Origin: Cyanidioschyzon merolae
Lineage: Eukaryota
NCBI GenBank assembly: GCA_000091205.1
Contig: AP006487.2
Reading direction: 5' to 3' (one strand)
DNA: 64,000 nucleotides
The notes under the pieces are model-generated. The model was not told where the DNA came from. It did no database searches and saw nothing but the letters and a program-made list of their open reading frames with translations. Both the position numbers and the translations under genes were made by a program. Shown piece by piece: positions 46,351-57,647 of this stretch (position 1 is the first letter of the stretch; each line of letters starts with the position of its first letter).

Positions 46351-47707
46351 TTAGAATAAAATGGAATGGGTCCACTTACCTTATTCTGGCATGTAATCAA
46401 ACTCTCTTGGTCTCTTCCAGTTGTGATCAACAACGGACTTTTCGGAGCCTCCTCAGCAACTGCTTCCTTTTCGTACCTCTTATCTCTTCCATTGAAAACA
46501 CCAGCATCTCGTTTCCTCAAGCTCCGCTATTCACTGGCAAAGGGTGACGACGGCAGCGTGAGCGTCCTCATTTCGCAGCCTCCAGTTGTTTTCCCGTGCA
46601 TTTCATGCGCAGGCGGTAGTTGCCATCTCCGCACCCCTAGCCATGAGCATCTTCTTCTCATACTGCCACGATGTGCCCTGTGCAGCGATGGCGCTCGGCA
46701 GGGGTCGCATGACCCTGTGCGCTCACCCCACCCCTCTTTCGAGGATCGTCCTGTAGCGCGTGAAGGCTTCTTCCATCGTTCGTCACGTGTCCTTGACATG
46801 TAAACAGGGTTCCATGCGATGTCTTTCTCCGTTACAACGCGCCCGGCGCCGTTCCCGAATATCACGAGCTTCTTCTGGACGATCCTCACCGCAAACACAC
46901 CGTACGCACACACGTAGGAGTACGCTGTTCCGTTCGGTGGAGGATTTGTGGAGCGCTTCGTAGTTCACGGTGAAACAAGCACCAGAAGTCAAAAGCAGTC
47001 TGCAGAGCAAGTGGAGATATTTCGAGCCGTCTGCGCTCCCTTCGAGCAATGGAGTGACGCACTCTTTATCAGAGGCGATCGCTGCGATGACTCGAGTCCG
47101 AGTCCAGGGCCATATCCCATCCTGGCAGAAGAGACGGGATCTTCCAGGGGCACGTCCCGTAAAGCATACCATGCCGCTGTAGAATGCCGTCTCGTCGGTG
47201 GCCGCAAAGAGACGGGGATCTGTCTCGCGGGTGGAATCGAAGATTAACTGGTATGAGAAATTCTGTGTTCTCGCAGAAGAAGCTTGTGATGGAGTCGCTA
47301 TGCGGTGACGTCGAGGTTGTTTCTCGTAATCGATCCAGTGGCGCAGCGCGCTGCGTTCTCGAGTTGCACTGGGACAGAAAAATCGAACGTCTGCTGGCTG
47401 CTTGCATTCAGCCTGATACACGTAGGAGAGAGAGAAGAGCAGGGCATCGACGTGTGAATGGACAATAATATAGGTTGCTTTACGAACGGTATTCGCGGGC
47501 GTTGCGTTCCATCTTGATACCGGTGAACTAGGGAAGAAAGCGGAAAGGCGTCGAAGGTGACACTCCGAATAAACTACCGAGAACTCCAGAATTAGATGTA
47601 TATCTGTAAGCACTTTCTGTAGCACTTCGAACGCCGAGTTGGTCAATGTCAAAAGTTCCAGAAAAAGGATCGAATGGCAAGATGAAAGCGAGCAGTTCAC
47701 TGTTCCA
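46351..47707 (-). mobile_element. Copy 3 of the ~1.36 kb R1 repeat, taken as the apparently full-length reference copy
   Basis: The plus strand begins TTAGAATAAAATGGAATGGG (46351) and ends ...GAGCAGTTCACTGTTCCATTT (47707). These termini form an imperfect inverted repeat, TAAAATGGAA / TTCCATTTTA. ORF 46783..47700 (305 aa) and the antisense ORFs are identical to those in copies 1 and 2. Confidence 0.75.
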
Positions 47708-50574
47708 TTTCATTCTGACAAGGATTTGGGGCTGTTGGAGAAATATTCGCGAGTGCCACATCAACGGATAGGCATCGGGGTTCACCGCGTGGGAAACGTT
47801 TTCCTGGGACTCCCGAGCGTATACGTGCGGACAGAGCTAGTTTAAGCGTTCTGCTCGGCTGCTCAGTTAGTATGGTTTAACATGAACAAGCACGAGCCTG
47901 CATTATTGTGAGGTTCGACCGTGCAGGGTTACGCTGCCGCACTTGGCCCAAACCCCTCCATATTAAAGTGGCACTCAAACAGCACATGAAGTTACTGTGA
48001 GAGTCCTCAATCTTACGATTCAGAATCCAAAATGACTTGGCAGTAACCAGTAGAACGCTGGCGAGGGATTTAGCAGCTTCAAAGAAACTTAGTCGTCGAG
48101 ACGAGGTGCAGCATCACGGAGCCTGCGAACGGAGCTTTGAAGGATCACACAATATCTATGTTCGCGGGATCCTTAATTTTGCAGCGTAGGTTCTTGACGT
48201 GCTAGACGGAGCATCTGAGGGATATGCCCTCAGATACGAAACAGAGTGCGTTTACCGAGCGACGGCTCTGCCGCTTGAGCAGTGCGACCGGTCCACGAAG
48301 CACCCGGGCTTTATGATTGTAACAGGTATAATACGTTTACCAGAAGCGCATCTTTTTGTCTGCACTATTCAGAGACTTTACTTGTGCTGCCAACACTATT
48401 CTTGCAGTGCCGGGCACGAAAGGTTAGTACAATGAAGCGTGCTGTGGAACGCAGCACAGTAGTGCGCAGTAAAAGAGCATATCTTACCGCAACGCACATG
48501 TGCGTGTGTAGCGCCGTCAGGTCCATCATTAACAAAAACTACTCACTAACTACCAACTAGATACCGAATTCGTTCCCCATCTACTGTAAGCGTTGAGAGG
48601 GGGAAAGCTTTCCGTATTTTCGAAAGTTTACCTTCCAGGCGGAGGATCACGCGAGAAGGACGAGTCTTCTGGGCTTGTGTTTCAAGCTCCTCCCAATGCT
48701 AGGTGATGTGGCGCGACTTGAGTGGCTCGTCCACAACGCAGTTTATTCTAGGACTAGGAGCGGGTATCCTGTGTCTGGACTTCGCCCTAGTCGCGGCGGT
48801 CTCCATGTGTATCACTTTGCACTGCCGCAGGCAGTAGGTCTCTCTGTACAGCTTGCGGGCTTCCAGAATGGTAATGAATCCCGATTCCGTTTCGAGTGGA
48901 CCACGCCTCGAGCCGATGCCCTTAACGGTATGGCAAAGCAGTTCTGTTTCTATGTTGCATCCGCACCTGCGCTATAGCCGCTAAGGCGGGTGCTCACGGC
49001 ATGCTCGGCGCACGATAGAACAACGAAACGACCAGTACATGCGAGAGGAATTATGGGTAATGGAACTTGAAGGTAAGGCGCATCATGGTGGACGCTTTCC
49101 CGAAAGCCAACATGGATCCCACAATAAGCGATCCATGATCAATGTAAACCTTTTGTAAAACAAAAACTGAATGGAGCGTGAAAGAGAGCGCTTCGAACGT
49201 TTGGCCTTTACGAGCGGTTCATTGTCGGGTAGACTCTGCTGATGCCGCATGCGGGCGAACTTTGGTTGATAATCCGAACTAGTTATTTCGCCTGAAAGAA
49301 GTCTATTGCGAGAGTGCATATTCACGAGATCCTCTCGCTCAGAGTCTGTGAACACACAAGCAATCAGTTCCGAGGGAATAGTAACTTCACGTGAAACTCG
49401 ATCCCAGCCGATGGCCTTTTCGATTTGCGCGCAAGAGAGTGGAATCCCATACACTGATGCTAGCGACAAGCTTTTGACCGATACCACTGCCTTGTTTACG
49501 AGTAAGCGGCTGTGAACAATGCATAGCATCGATATTTGAATCCTATTGCAAGCTGATTTCGAAGACGCTTGGCGGCAACGCGGTTCCTGTGGATCCCGCA
49601 ACGCGCTATGCCCTGCGGTCGGTAATCAATCATGCGCTACGCTTAGGCAGGTGGGAGAATTTGCAGATTCTAGTGGGGGTTTTCGCTTTCATTATTCCTT
49701 TTCAAACGACTAATTGGGAAATCGCATGCTTCAGCACCTGAATTTGCACCAACTCTGCCCTTGGGCCTCGTTCCACAAGGACGTCCCGCATCGTAACTGG
49801 TGATTTGTTGACCTGTCATCGCGGAGCAAGCGCGAGCTTCCGTTGATCCTCTCGGACGCAATACTCCAAAGGAATCGATTTTCCCACATAAATCCATACA
49901 GGCTACAAATGGAAGAGGCAGCAGCGGCTAGCGTCGCGAAACGCCTGGCCGCAAATGGGATCCTCTCTGTGCGACCCGGAGCAACTGCAGTGCCTGGCCT
50001 ACATATCGCTATGTATCTGACCGACTTGGACGATTGCGTGTCTTCATCGTCGACCCCGAACATAATCCTCAACAAAAAGGATCCACGGCACCGCTTCAAG
50101 AACGCTTCTCATGCCTTTAAGTTTGCACGCTTTCTGGATCCGACACGAGGCAGCATCTCGTTTCGAGCGCAGTGTGTGCATGCAACTACGGGAACTTGTC
50201 CATATTGCACGAAGTGTACAGTGGACAGATGCAACACGCTCTGGCACTAGAGCTGCCGCATCTAAAACGGCGCTGCGCCATTTATGCAGAATTTACGAAA
50301 GCGTAGCATCTCTGTTCGAGATGCATTCTCGAGCCCTTTCGTCCTTCTGATTTTTAACAGGGTATTGGTGTGTAAACATGTGAGGGTTGCATATTCTTGA
50401 CCATGCCATCAAATGAGTCTTCTCGGGTCTCCGTGTTGTTAAAGCAACAGAGGAAGCGACGCTGCTGCAGCGCTCCCATCCTCACGGGTGGCTGCAGTGG
50501 GGCCCAGACATGAAATGATCTGTAGCAATATCCATGATTCTTGATGGCTTCCAAGATATAACCACGCTGGATAC

Positions 50575-51642
50575 CTATTCTTTGATTATGCGCTCCATGC
50601 CGGTACAGAAGCTCTGCTTTGCTTCTGCACTCACAGGCTTACTGCCGAGGAAAATATCATCAATCGCATAACATAGCGCTGGACACGATTCAACATAACC
50701 AACGAGTACGGAGTTCATTTCGATCATTAACGTATTACCTTCATCCAGGATCGCGAAGCGAATCTGCGAGTTTTCCGGAATCTGCCTGATGCCAAGCAAG
50801 TAGTTTTTCAGCTGAGCAAGCTTGGCGCGATCATCAGGCATCTGCAGCTTATTTTTGGCGTACCGCAGCCTTTTGGTCAATCCGCGCTCAAGACCTTGGA
50901 CAACGTGCTTCGCATCAACGCTTCGTATGACATGCATGACGACCGAGTGTCGGAAAGAACGGAATGCATCCCAGAATGCAGTATCAGCGCATATCATCTG
51001 GGCATCCTTGCCGTAGTAGTCCGAAAGCAGAACATTCCTTGCGCCAACTGGATCGACATAGAGGCCCACATAGTAGACCCGGACTAGTCCGAGCATCAGG
51101 CGCACTCCAGAGCCAACGAAAACCTCTTGCGAGGGTATCAGCGTACGCTTAAACAAATCCATCCCATGCGATGTCGACGGCGCCTCGCTTTGTTCATTAG
51201 TTTTAATTCCCCCCAGCTGCGTTTCGAGGGAGATACCCAGCACAGGGGAAGCAGCCGTTGCATCGGGAGCATCCTGGCGCTCGCAGTGCGCACTCGCAGT
51301 CAACAATGTGGCGAGTGTGGCTGAAACCCCCATAAGAGCCAACCAGGGTGCGCCTTGACGCCAAGTCCATACAGCGAATCCATAGGCCGTTGTACTCGTA
51401 GCATCGGCGAAACGGCTCCAGCTGGGTTGAGGCGCTCTTGCTCGCAAAGCTGTAGCTAGGTCTGAAGCCCCCTCCCTCAGTGCGTGCCAGAACCTGTGAT
51501 CATTTTCTTTTTCGCAACCTCGTTGAACAGAGTTTGATCTTACTGTCCAAGGTGCTCCGACAGTTCCCGACAAGCCTGCATTTCTCCGGCGAACGTAGTC
51601 ACGGAGGGGAGTCCATAAAGCCTTAGAGTTTTTGTTTAGCAT
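50575..51642 (-). CDS. Chalcone-isomerase-fold protein, of the CHI-like / fatty-acid-binding FAP type, with an N-terminal hydrophobic/targeting region
   Basis: VFVGSGVRLMLGLVRVYYVGLYVD fits the CHI-fold core (xFxGxGxR....KvYavGlYl). The C-terminal region ...IRFAILDEGNTLMIEMNSVLVGYVESCPALCYAIDDIFLGSKPVS follows the CHI-like pattern ending in ...a.fd.ylG. It has an ATG start and an N-terminal hydrophobic segment GFAVWTWRQGAPWLALMGVSATLATLL. Confidence 0.55.
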   Translation of the reverse strand: MLNKNSKALWTPLRDYVRRRNAGLSGTVGAPWTVRSNSVQRGCEKENDHRFWHALREGASDLATALRARAPQPSWSRFADATSTTAYGFAVWTWRQGAPWLALMGVSATLATLLTASAHCERQDAPDATAASPVLGISLETQLGGIKTNEQSEAPSTSHGMDLFKRTLIPSQEVFVGSGVRLMLGLVRVYYVGLYVDPVGARNVLLSDYYGKDAQMICADTAFWDAFRSFRHSVVMHVIRSVDAKHVVQGLERGLTKRLRYAKNKLQMPDDRAKLAQLKNYLLGIRQIPENSQIRFAILDEGNTLMIEMNSVLVGYVESCPALCYAIDDIFLGSKPVSAEAKQSFCTGMERIIKE

Positions 51643-51903
51643 AGCGCGGAGCGATCAAGCTTCCACGAAAGAGAGGCTCACAGCACAAAGACTGCCGCTA
51701 CCAAGGAATCAATCCTTTGTGCCTCCTCCGGCGATAATACGCGATCCAGTGCAGGCCAGACAGCTCTGGGACCAAAACGAATACGACACAAAACTAAACG
51801 AGGGGAACGCTTCCTCTGCAGTGTCCAGCAAAGTTCACTGAAACGAAAATGTCTCACGACTGTAGAGTAATTTAGTACCGACGCGCAGGCGGCCCCTAGC
51901 CAT

Positions 51904-53010
51904 CTAGAACAGGCCTCCTGCTAATGGTTCCATTTTCTCCTTGCACACTTCGAGCCTGAGATGCTGCCCCACTAATTTCGATTGCGTCAGCTTCTCGGGC
52001 CTCGTCTTCAGCGCCGTACGTGTCCTTATATCGATAGCAGCGCTGAGGTCTCGATTCACGAACTCTACACAGGCTCTGCTGCAGGTAGCACTTACTTGGG
52101 CAAGGCGTCCTGGAACTCTTGCCGTCTGAGTGGTTTGCTGGCCTGTCAGCTCACCGTGCCTTTCTATCACCGACGCGTTCCGCTGGCGCCTCTCCATCTC
52201 GAGGTTCTGAAGTGTGTACCCCAGGTAAGCTCTTGGGCTTTTTATTTCTTCAAAGTGAACGCACTTGTATATGACCTAAGACAAGTTCTTACCGGAGCGA
52301 CAAGAACTTCTGGAAGAAAGTGGAAGTGTGCGCTTGTGTCACCGTGTGCTGCAAGCTTCAGCGATTTGCTCAATGGAGCGATCTTTACGTTTTACGATAC
52401 TAAACCCTCGTTAGATACTGTTGAACCTCGAAAAGTGTGGAGGAATGAAAATCAGCTCTATCCCGATAGATTTCGCTAAAGCTCAAACGCAAAGGGAATG
52501 TTGAAGTACCACCATGTCCAATACAAGGACGACGCCGACATCAAGGAAAATCCTTCAATGATTAGACAAAGTGGGTGCTGTTGTTTGAGCCTTCCCTACG
52601 AGCGAAACTGATGCTGCCAAACGAATCCAGCGCAGATGGAGCATGCGATGATATCTTCATTCTGTACGAGTTCAATCGTTCATACAGAGGGCTCGCTCTC
52701 CGCGAATACCCATAAACGTTCCGACCGTTTCGTCTGAAGAAAGTCTCATCGACTGCGAAAAACAAACCGACGTCCGTGGATGTCATGCGGATGGCTGAGT
52801 TCCAGCAACGCGGTCGTTGCGATTTCGTTGGAAGATAACCGTACGTGAACTACGATTTTTTGCAATCGTATCCCAGTGTTTTCAGGACCACACGAACTAG
52901 CTGTTGAGAAAGAGAGATGTCAATTGTTGCTACGATTGTTGCTGTTGCCTTCTGTAAAACGTGATCAACGACTCGTTTCCCACCGTTGACCACAAACACG
53001 CTTTGAAAAG
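51904..53010 (-). mobile_element. Second internally deleted derivative of the Fanzor/TnpB-like element, the inverted partner family of 23160..24500
   Basis: Minus-strand frames carry the RuvC-III-like motif VNRDLSAAIDIRTRTA...LRLEVCKEKMEPLAGG (51904..52197), YSRRASPLYERLNS...ALDSFGS (52562..52786) and KKQEHVPPPRSDLFKACLWSTV (the C-terminus of ORF 52930..53388). These are collinear with the blocks in 23160..24500. Confidence 0.5.
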
Positions 53011-53439
53011 ATCGGATCTTGGCGGGGGCACATGTTCTTGTTTCTTTCCGTAATACCCGACCATCTGCTTTCTGTGGTACGACTGACCTGTAAGAGGAAT
53101 GCAGTCCCCCTTGCTCTGTTCAGCAAAGAATCTGTCCTTTAAGCAACTCGTCCGCGATCTACAAGGTACATTGCATAGTGATTTCGAACTTCTTCTCTTT
53201 ACTGCGAAATCGCATTCCGTCACACTCAGCGGGAGTGGAAAAAATGAGTTGAAAGACCAATGTGCGGATGCGGATACGATTCGTCGTACATCTTGTGTCA
53301 GCCAGTAGAGCTTTCTTGAGGCTACGTTTTGAAACTGGGACTCCCCCAACGTCTGAGCAACCAGGCTAACTGAGCATAAGTCTGGCAAGAGCCGCTTTGC
53401 AGCTTTTAGGGGCGGCTAACCTATGAAGCTCTGTTCAGG

Positions 53440-55113
53440 ATGAAGGCTACATGCGCTCGGAAAGCGCGAGCTTCCAGGGCGGAGCGAAACCCGGGCGCGG
53501 TGCCCAGCGCGGGGATGGCACGAAACTGCTCGGGAAAGAAGGGAAGTCTGCAATACTGCCTGTCTAGGCTGGCCATGGTGTTGTTGATTGCAACTATTGT
53601 CTTCGCACTGCTGTCACTGCGCCGCCGTACTGATTCGCGTCAAAAAGCGCTCGTGCCAGAAGAAGAGTTTCTAGACTTGCGGCATAAGATTGATCAGATC
53701 ATGAATAAGCGCTTCGACAAGAGTGCAGCGATCAATAGGCTTGGAAGAATATTGAGCTTCAAGACAGTATCAAGTAGAGAGAATCCCGATCACCTGGAGA
53801 ACCGTTCCAGTGTCGATAGTCTGCTTCAGTTTCTTCGTTCAGAGGATGGCTTCCCGCTGGGCTCGCGGAGGCTAAAATGGGAGCTTTTCAGCAGTAACCT
53901 CTCACTATTGCTCACTTGGGAGGGAAGTAATCAGAAATTGGATCCAATTTTACTCATATCGCACTTGGACGTCGTACCCGTCGCCACAAAAGAAAGATCC
54001 TCATGGGATTACGATCCGTTTGGCGGAATTTACGACAACGCTTCCGGATATCTTTATGGAAGAGGGGCTCTCGACACGAAATCGACTGCCGCTGGCCCGT
54101 TAGAAGCCATTGAATTGCTTTTGCGTGTTTTCGGGACAAATTATCGACCAATGCGCACGATCATTCTGGCGTTTGGGCACGACGAGGAAGTCGGGGGCAG
54201 CCTCGGCGCCGCAAAACTTGCGCAAACCCTGAAGGCGCGAAACATCAACCCCAAATTCTGCTTGGACGAAGGCGGCTCCGTGACGCGGGGTATCCTGCCA
54301 GGGCTGAAACAGCCAGTTGCACTCATCGGAGTGTCGGAAAAAGGATGGTGCGCCCTGAACATTACAGTATCGAGCCATGGAGGCCATTCCTCCGTTCCAT
54401 CCAAGTACGGGACGGTTGTGGATCACGCTTCGCGACTCATTTTGGCTATAAGAAAGGCTAAGCTTCCGCAAAACATTGACCCTCCGGTCTCCGATCTACT
54501 AGAATACCTAGCTCCACACCTTCCACAGCCAGTGCGTTTCCTGCTCTCGAACAAGAAAATATTTTCGGGTTTATTGCAACTTCTTGCTCGACAAAGGGAT
54601 GAACTCGCAGCCCAGATAGGGCCAACTTTTGCGACTACAATGATCCATGGTGGCGTCGCACTGAATGTGATTCCCGATTCTGTAGCTTTCATCCAGAGCT
54701 GGAGGACGAATAAGAACCTTATGAACGCGACCCATTTTGTGGAAAGAGTGATTCAGCAGACACCAAGCCTGCTGAATAAACTTTTTCGGATCGACGTGCG
54801 AGATATGGGCGAGGGATGCACGCCGCCATCGCCCATTTCTAAGCTTGATGCTTATTTTCGCAAAGTTCAGCGTTATATCAGCGTGGCATACGGCACAGAA
54901 ACGTTGAGTGCGCCATTCGAATGGCTTGGGGGCACGGACTCGAAGTGGTATATACATTACGGCGTCGGGGAACGGCACTATCGCTTCGGACCAATATTTC
55001 TCGATGGCAATGCGGACTTTCAACGCATCCATTCAACAAATGAGCGCCTTCATATCGATACGTATGAGAAGATGGTGCGTTTCTATCTGGCACTGATGGT
55101 GGATAGCGAATAG
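53440..55113 (+). CDS. M20-family metallopeptidase (carboxypeptidase S / PM20D1-like) with an N-terminal membrane anchor
   Basis: M20 signatures are ISHLDVVPV, GRGALDTKS, FGHDEEVGG, DEGG and the dimerisation-domain block. The N-terminal TM segment is LAMVLLIATIVFALLSL, giving the type-II topology seen in yeast Cps1. It starts with an ATG at 53440. Confidence 0.85.
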   Translation: MKATCARKARASRAERNPGAVPSAGMARNCSGKKGSLQYCLSRLAMVLLIATIVFALLSLRRRTDSRQKALVPEEEFLDLRHKIDQIMNKRFDKSAAINRLGRILSFKTVSSRENPDHLENRSSVDSLLQFLRSEDGFPLGSRRLKWELFSSNLSLLLTWEGSNQKLDPILLISHLDVVPVATKERSSWDYDPFGGIYDNASGYLYGRGALDTKSTAAGPLEAIELLLRVFGTNYRPMRTIILAFGHDEEVGGSLGAAKLAQTLKARNINPKFCLDEGGSVTRGILPGLKQPVALIGVSEKGWCALNITVSSHGGHSSVPSKYGTVVDHASRLILAIRKAKLPQNIDPPVSDLLEYLAPHLPQPVRFLLSNKKIFSGLLQLLARQRDELAAQIGPTFATTMIHGGVALNVIPDSVAFIQSWRTNKNLMNATHFVERVIQQTPSLLNKLFRIDVRDMGEGCTPPSPISKLDAYFRKVQRYISVAYGTETLSAPFEWLGGTDSKWYIHYGVGERHYRFGPIFLDGNADFQRIHSTNERLHIDTYEKMVRFYLALMVDSE

Positions 55114-57191
55114 AAAGGCCTGACGAAGCTACAGCCTGCTGCTTCTCGAATCTCAAGACGTTTGCTTCTGCGGAGTTTGGCTATTTTTACAAGGTAAGCT
55201 TCATCTTCTGGTTGTGACCAGTGCAATTGATGAGATCCTTGCTGTGGATGCTAAGTGCTGAATGTGCATGCCCGGTGATACCGGTTGAGAAGCTCTGCCT
55301 GAAGTTCGGTGAAATGCGGATATGCTTACGGGATCTCGCCACGTTGGAGTAGCGGATGATGAACTTTGTGTGCTGGATAAAGAGCTTCTAAATATGAATT
55401 GTTACATGCTTTGATTTTCGGAGCTCTTTAAATTCGTCCCCCAACGCTTCTTCGTTGTTTGCGACCGCTCCGTACCTTTAAGCAACCTTGATGAAGCGCT
55501 CCGGAGCCTGGGAACGATTCTGCGCTTTTACTCGCCTCGCAAACCGCTGCGACCGATCAGTACACCCGCGTAGATCAAAATGGAGCGTTGAAATGATCAC
55601 TGTGCTCTTGTCCATCAATTCCTCTTCCGAACTTATTTTCAGATGTACAGCTTCGAAATTCGATGTGTCGCATTATGGGCTTATGGATTCATGCGATGAT
55701 TTAAGGTTCTCGGTCAGTATTGCTGAGAGTCGCACTCGACGCTTTTCATATTGAATTCGTTACGTCACCGTCATCATGAACCAGCAGCGCGTACGTCGCT
55801 TAAGTGCAGAAACTGCGCAAGGAAAAATGGGCGGTACAAGCTACCGTCCCAAGAACAGGACGCAGCCGATTCTCAAATTGTCAGAGGCCTGGGCAGAACA
55901 AGTTTCCGACTCCAACTACGTCACTACGGCTACCAGGTTCATGCACGGTCTGCCGAGGGCGCTCACGCATATAATCGTCACCGACATTCCAGCTTAGATC
56001 CAGCATATTGCCAGCGAGTGCTCTGCGTCGCTTCCCGCTAAAGCTCAGCGGTTTGAAGCGGTGACAATATCCACAGCCCCAAAGCTTTTGTGTCTGCGTA
56101 CGGACGTATGACTGGGTGTCACTGTAGTGGCCACATTACCTTCAGTCTTGCTGACTCTCATGTCAGCGTGCGAACTCGGTGATCGCGTTTTACACGTAGG
56201 GCGCACTGCACTGTTCCTTTCGACACTCAAAATGTCGTAGCCGGTGTTCATCTGCCGACCACAGACGTGGGTGTTGTTTTCGATCAGGAGTTTATAGAGG
56301 GAAGCGACCTGCTGGGAAGATATCTAGATTGTACGGGTAAGACACTTGATGCAGCGACTACGCGCCTGAACCTCTCGTGCATAAGAAGCGAATATCGCTC
56401 AAGTCGACCTGCAAAGAGCGCACATAAAGTGCTCTCAGCCAGTCAGCTTGACGCCCCATTGCAAATAATGACGCGAGCGCCACACTGGTGGCGCAGACAT
56501 TCAATGAAGAGTCACGAATGCGTCAAAGTTCTTGTCCGAGCTTTGGAGTGCGCTGCCGAATTGTTACCTGGGACGTCGCGTGCTGCGGTGATCAGCACCA
56601 ACGACAGCCACTGAAAATGTCGATGAGTAGCACGAAGGATACAACGAGCCGTCATGCTGGTCGGTTCGAGGTCGTCGGCAGCAGCGAGCACCACGAACTG
56701 CGAATGCCGCCCCAGGGCGACGGTCGGCGAGCCACTGACGCTGGACGCTTCCGAGCTCAACCGCAAGGACCTCCTGGCAGGCAGGACGCGCATCGCGCAG
56801 CACCTTTGGGGCATACGCACTGGCTAGGTTTTCCTGAGAGCAACACAACGCATTCGACAGCGACGCCAATTAGCCACCAACTGCATGTTCGCGTTCTCAG
56901 TTAGACCGCTCCGTCGCCACATTGTACGGAAGTAGTCCCGGAGATGTCCTTGTGTCTGCCGCAGCTCTTGCGGGACGAAGCACAGGTCATGCCACCGCCG
57001 CCCCCCACGTATAGACATGACTGATATCGTGTCAACTCCTGCGTCTTCCGGTTGTCGTTACTACGTGCTGGCCGAGAATGTCGCAACTCTCCAAATGACA
57101 AGAGGTCCGGTATGAACTTCACCAAGATTTTGCGCATCTTCTTATCCGCGGACAAACTTAATCGCCACTCATGGTCGGTTGTCGTCCACGA

Positions 57192-57647
57192 TCAGCTCAC
57201 CAACTGAGCTGCCGTTGCGCTCTCATACTTCCATGTCGGTGGCAGAGCCCCCGTTCGGCGATAATACCGCGCTAGACGATGAATCCTCGACTCCACCAAA
57301 ATCAACCGAAACTTGGCGTCCTTGTCCTGGCGGTTGCGCTCGAGATGCTTCCGAATATTCACGGCCTTCTTCACGAGAAAGTACATATCCTCGGGGATTT
57401 CAGGCGCAAGGCCGTGTGCACGTAGGACACGTACAATCGTGTTCCCCGTAATAGGTTTACTCAGCGGTACGCCGTGCTGGTCACGCAATTGCACACCAAT
57501 CTGGGAGGGCGTCATACCCTTTCGTGCAAGTCGCACGATCAAGTCCACGCATTCCTTCCGCGAGGTTTTGCACCAGGACGGTGCCGCTCGTCGATACGGG
57601 ATCGCAGAGCTTGAGATTCCTTTACCCTTTGAGTGCAAGCGACCCAT
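57192..57647 (-). CDS. RPS13: 40S ribosomal protein S13 (uS15)
   Basis: [27 protein letters not shown]...[18 protein letters not shown]...[52 protein letters not shown] is collinear with eukaryotic RPS13 along its full 151 aa. The true ATG is at 57647; the track start at 57662 is GTG. It is a single exon. Confidence 0.92.
   Translation of the reverse strand: MGRLHSKGKGISSSAIPYRRAAPSWCKTSRKECVDLIVRLARKGMTPSQIGVQLRDQHGVPLSKPITGNTIVRVLRAHGLAPEIPEDMYFLVKKAVNIRKHLERNRQDKDAKFRLILVESRIHRLARYYRRTGALPPTWKYESATAAQLVS

Noticed and set aside
49083-49601. A 172 aa ORF with a helix-hairpin-helix-like 'LASVYGIPLSCAQIEKAIGWD' segment reminiscent of bacterial ribosomal protein S13
   Set aside because: The resemblance is limited to about 25 residues. 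The GIG is replaced by GIP, and the rest does not follow uS13. The support is insufficient.
53099-53170. An 'RSRTSCLKDRF' string in the short Fanzor-derived copy that resembles the TnpB 'YTSxxCsxCG' block
   Set aside because: It lies about 1 kb from the RuvC-III motif instead of the expected ~200-300 bp. It is probably coincidental.
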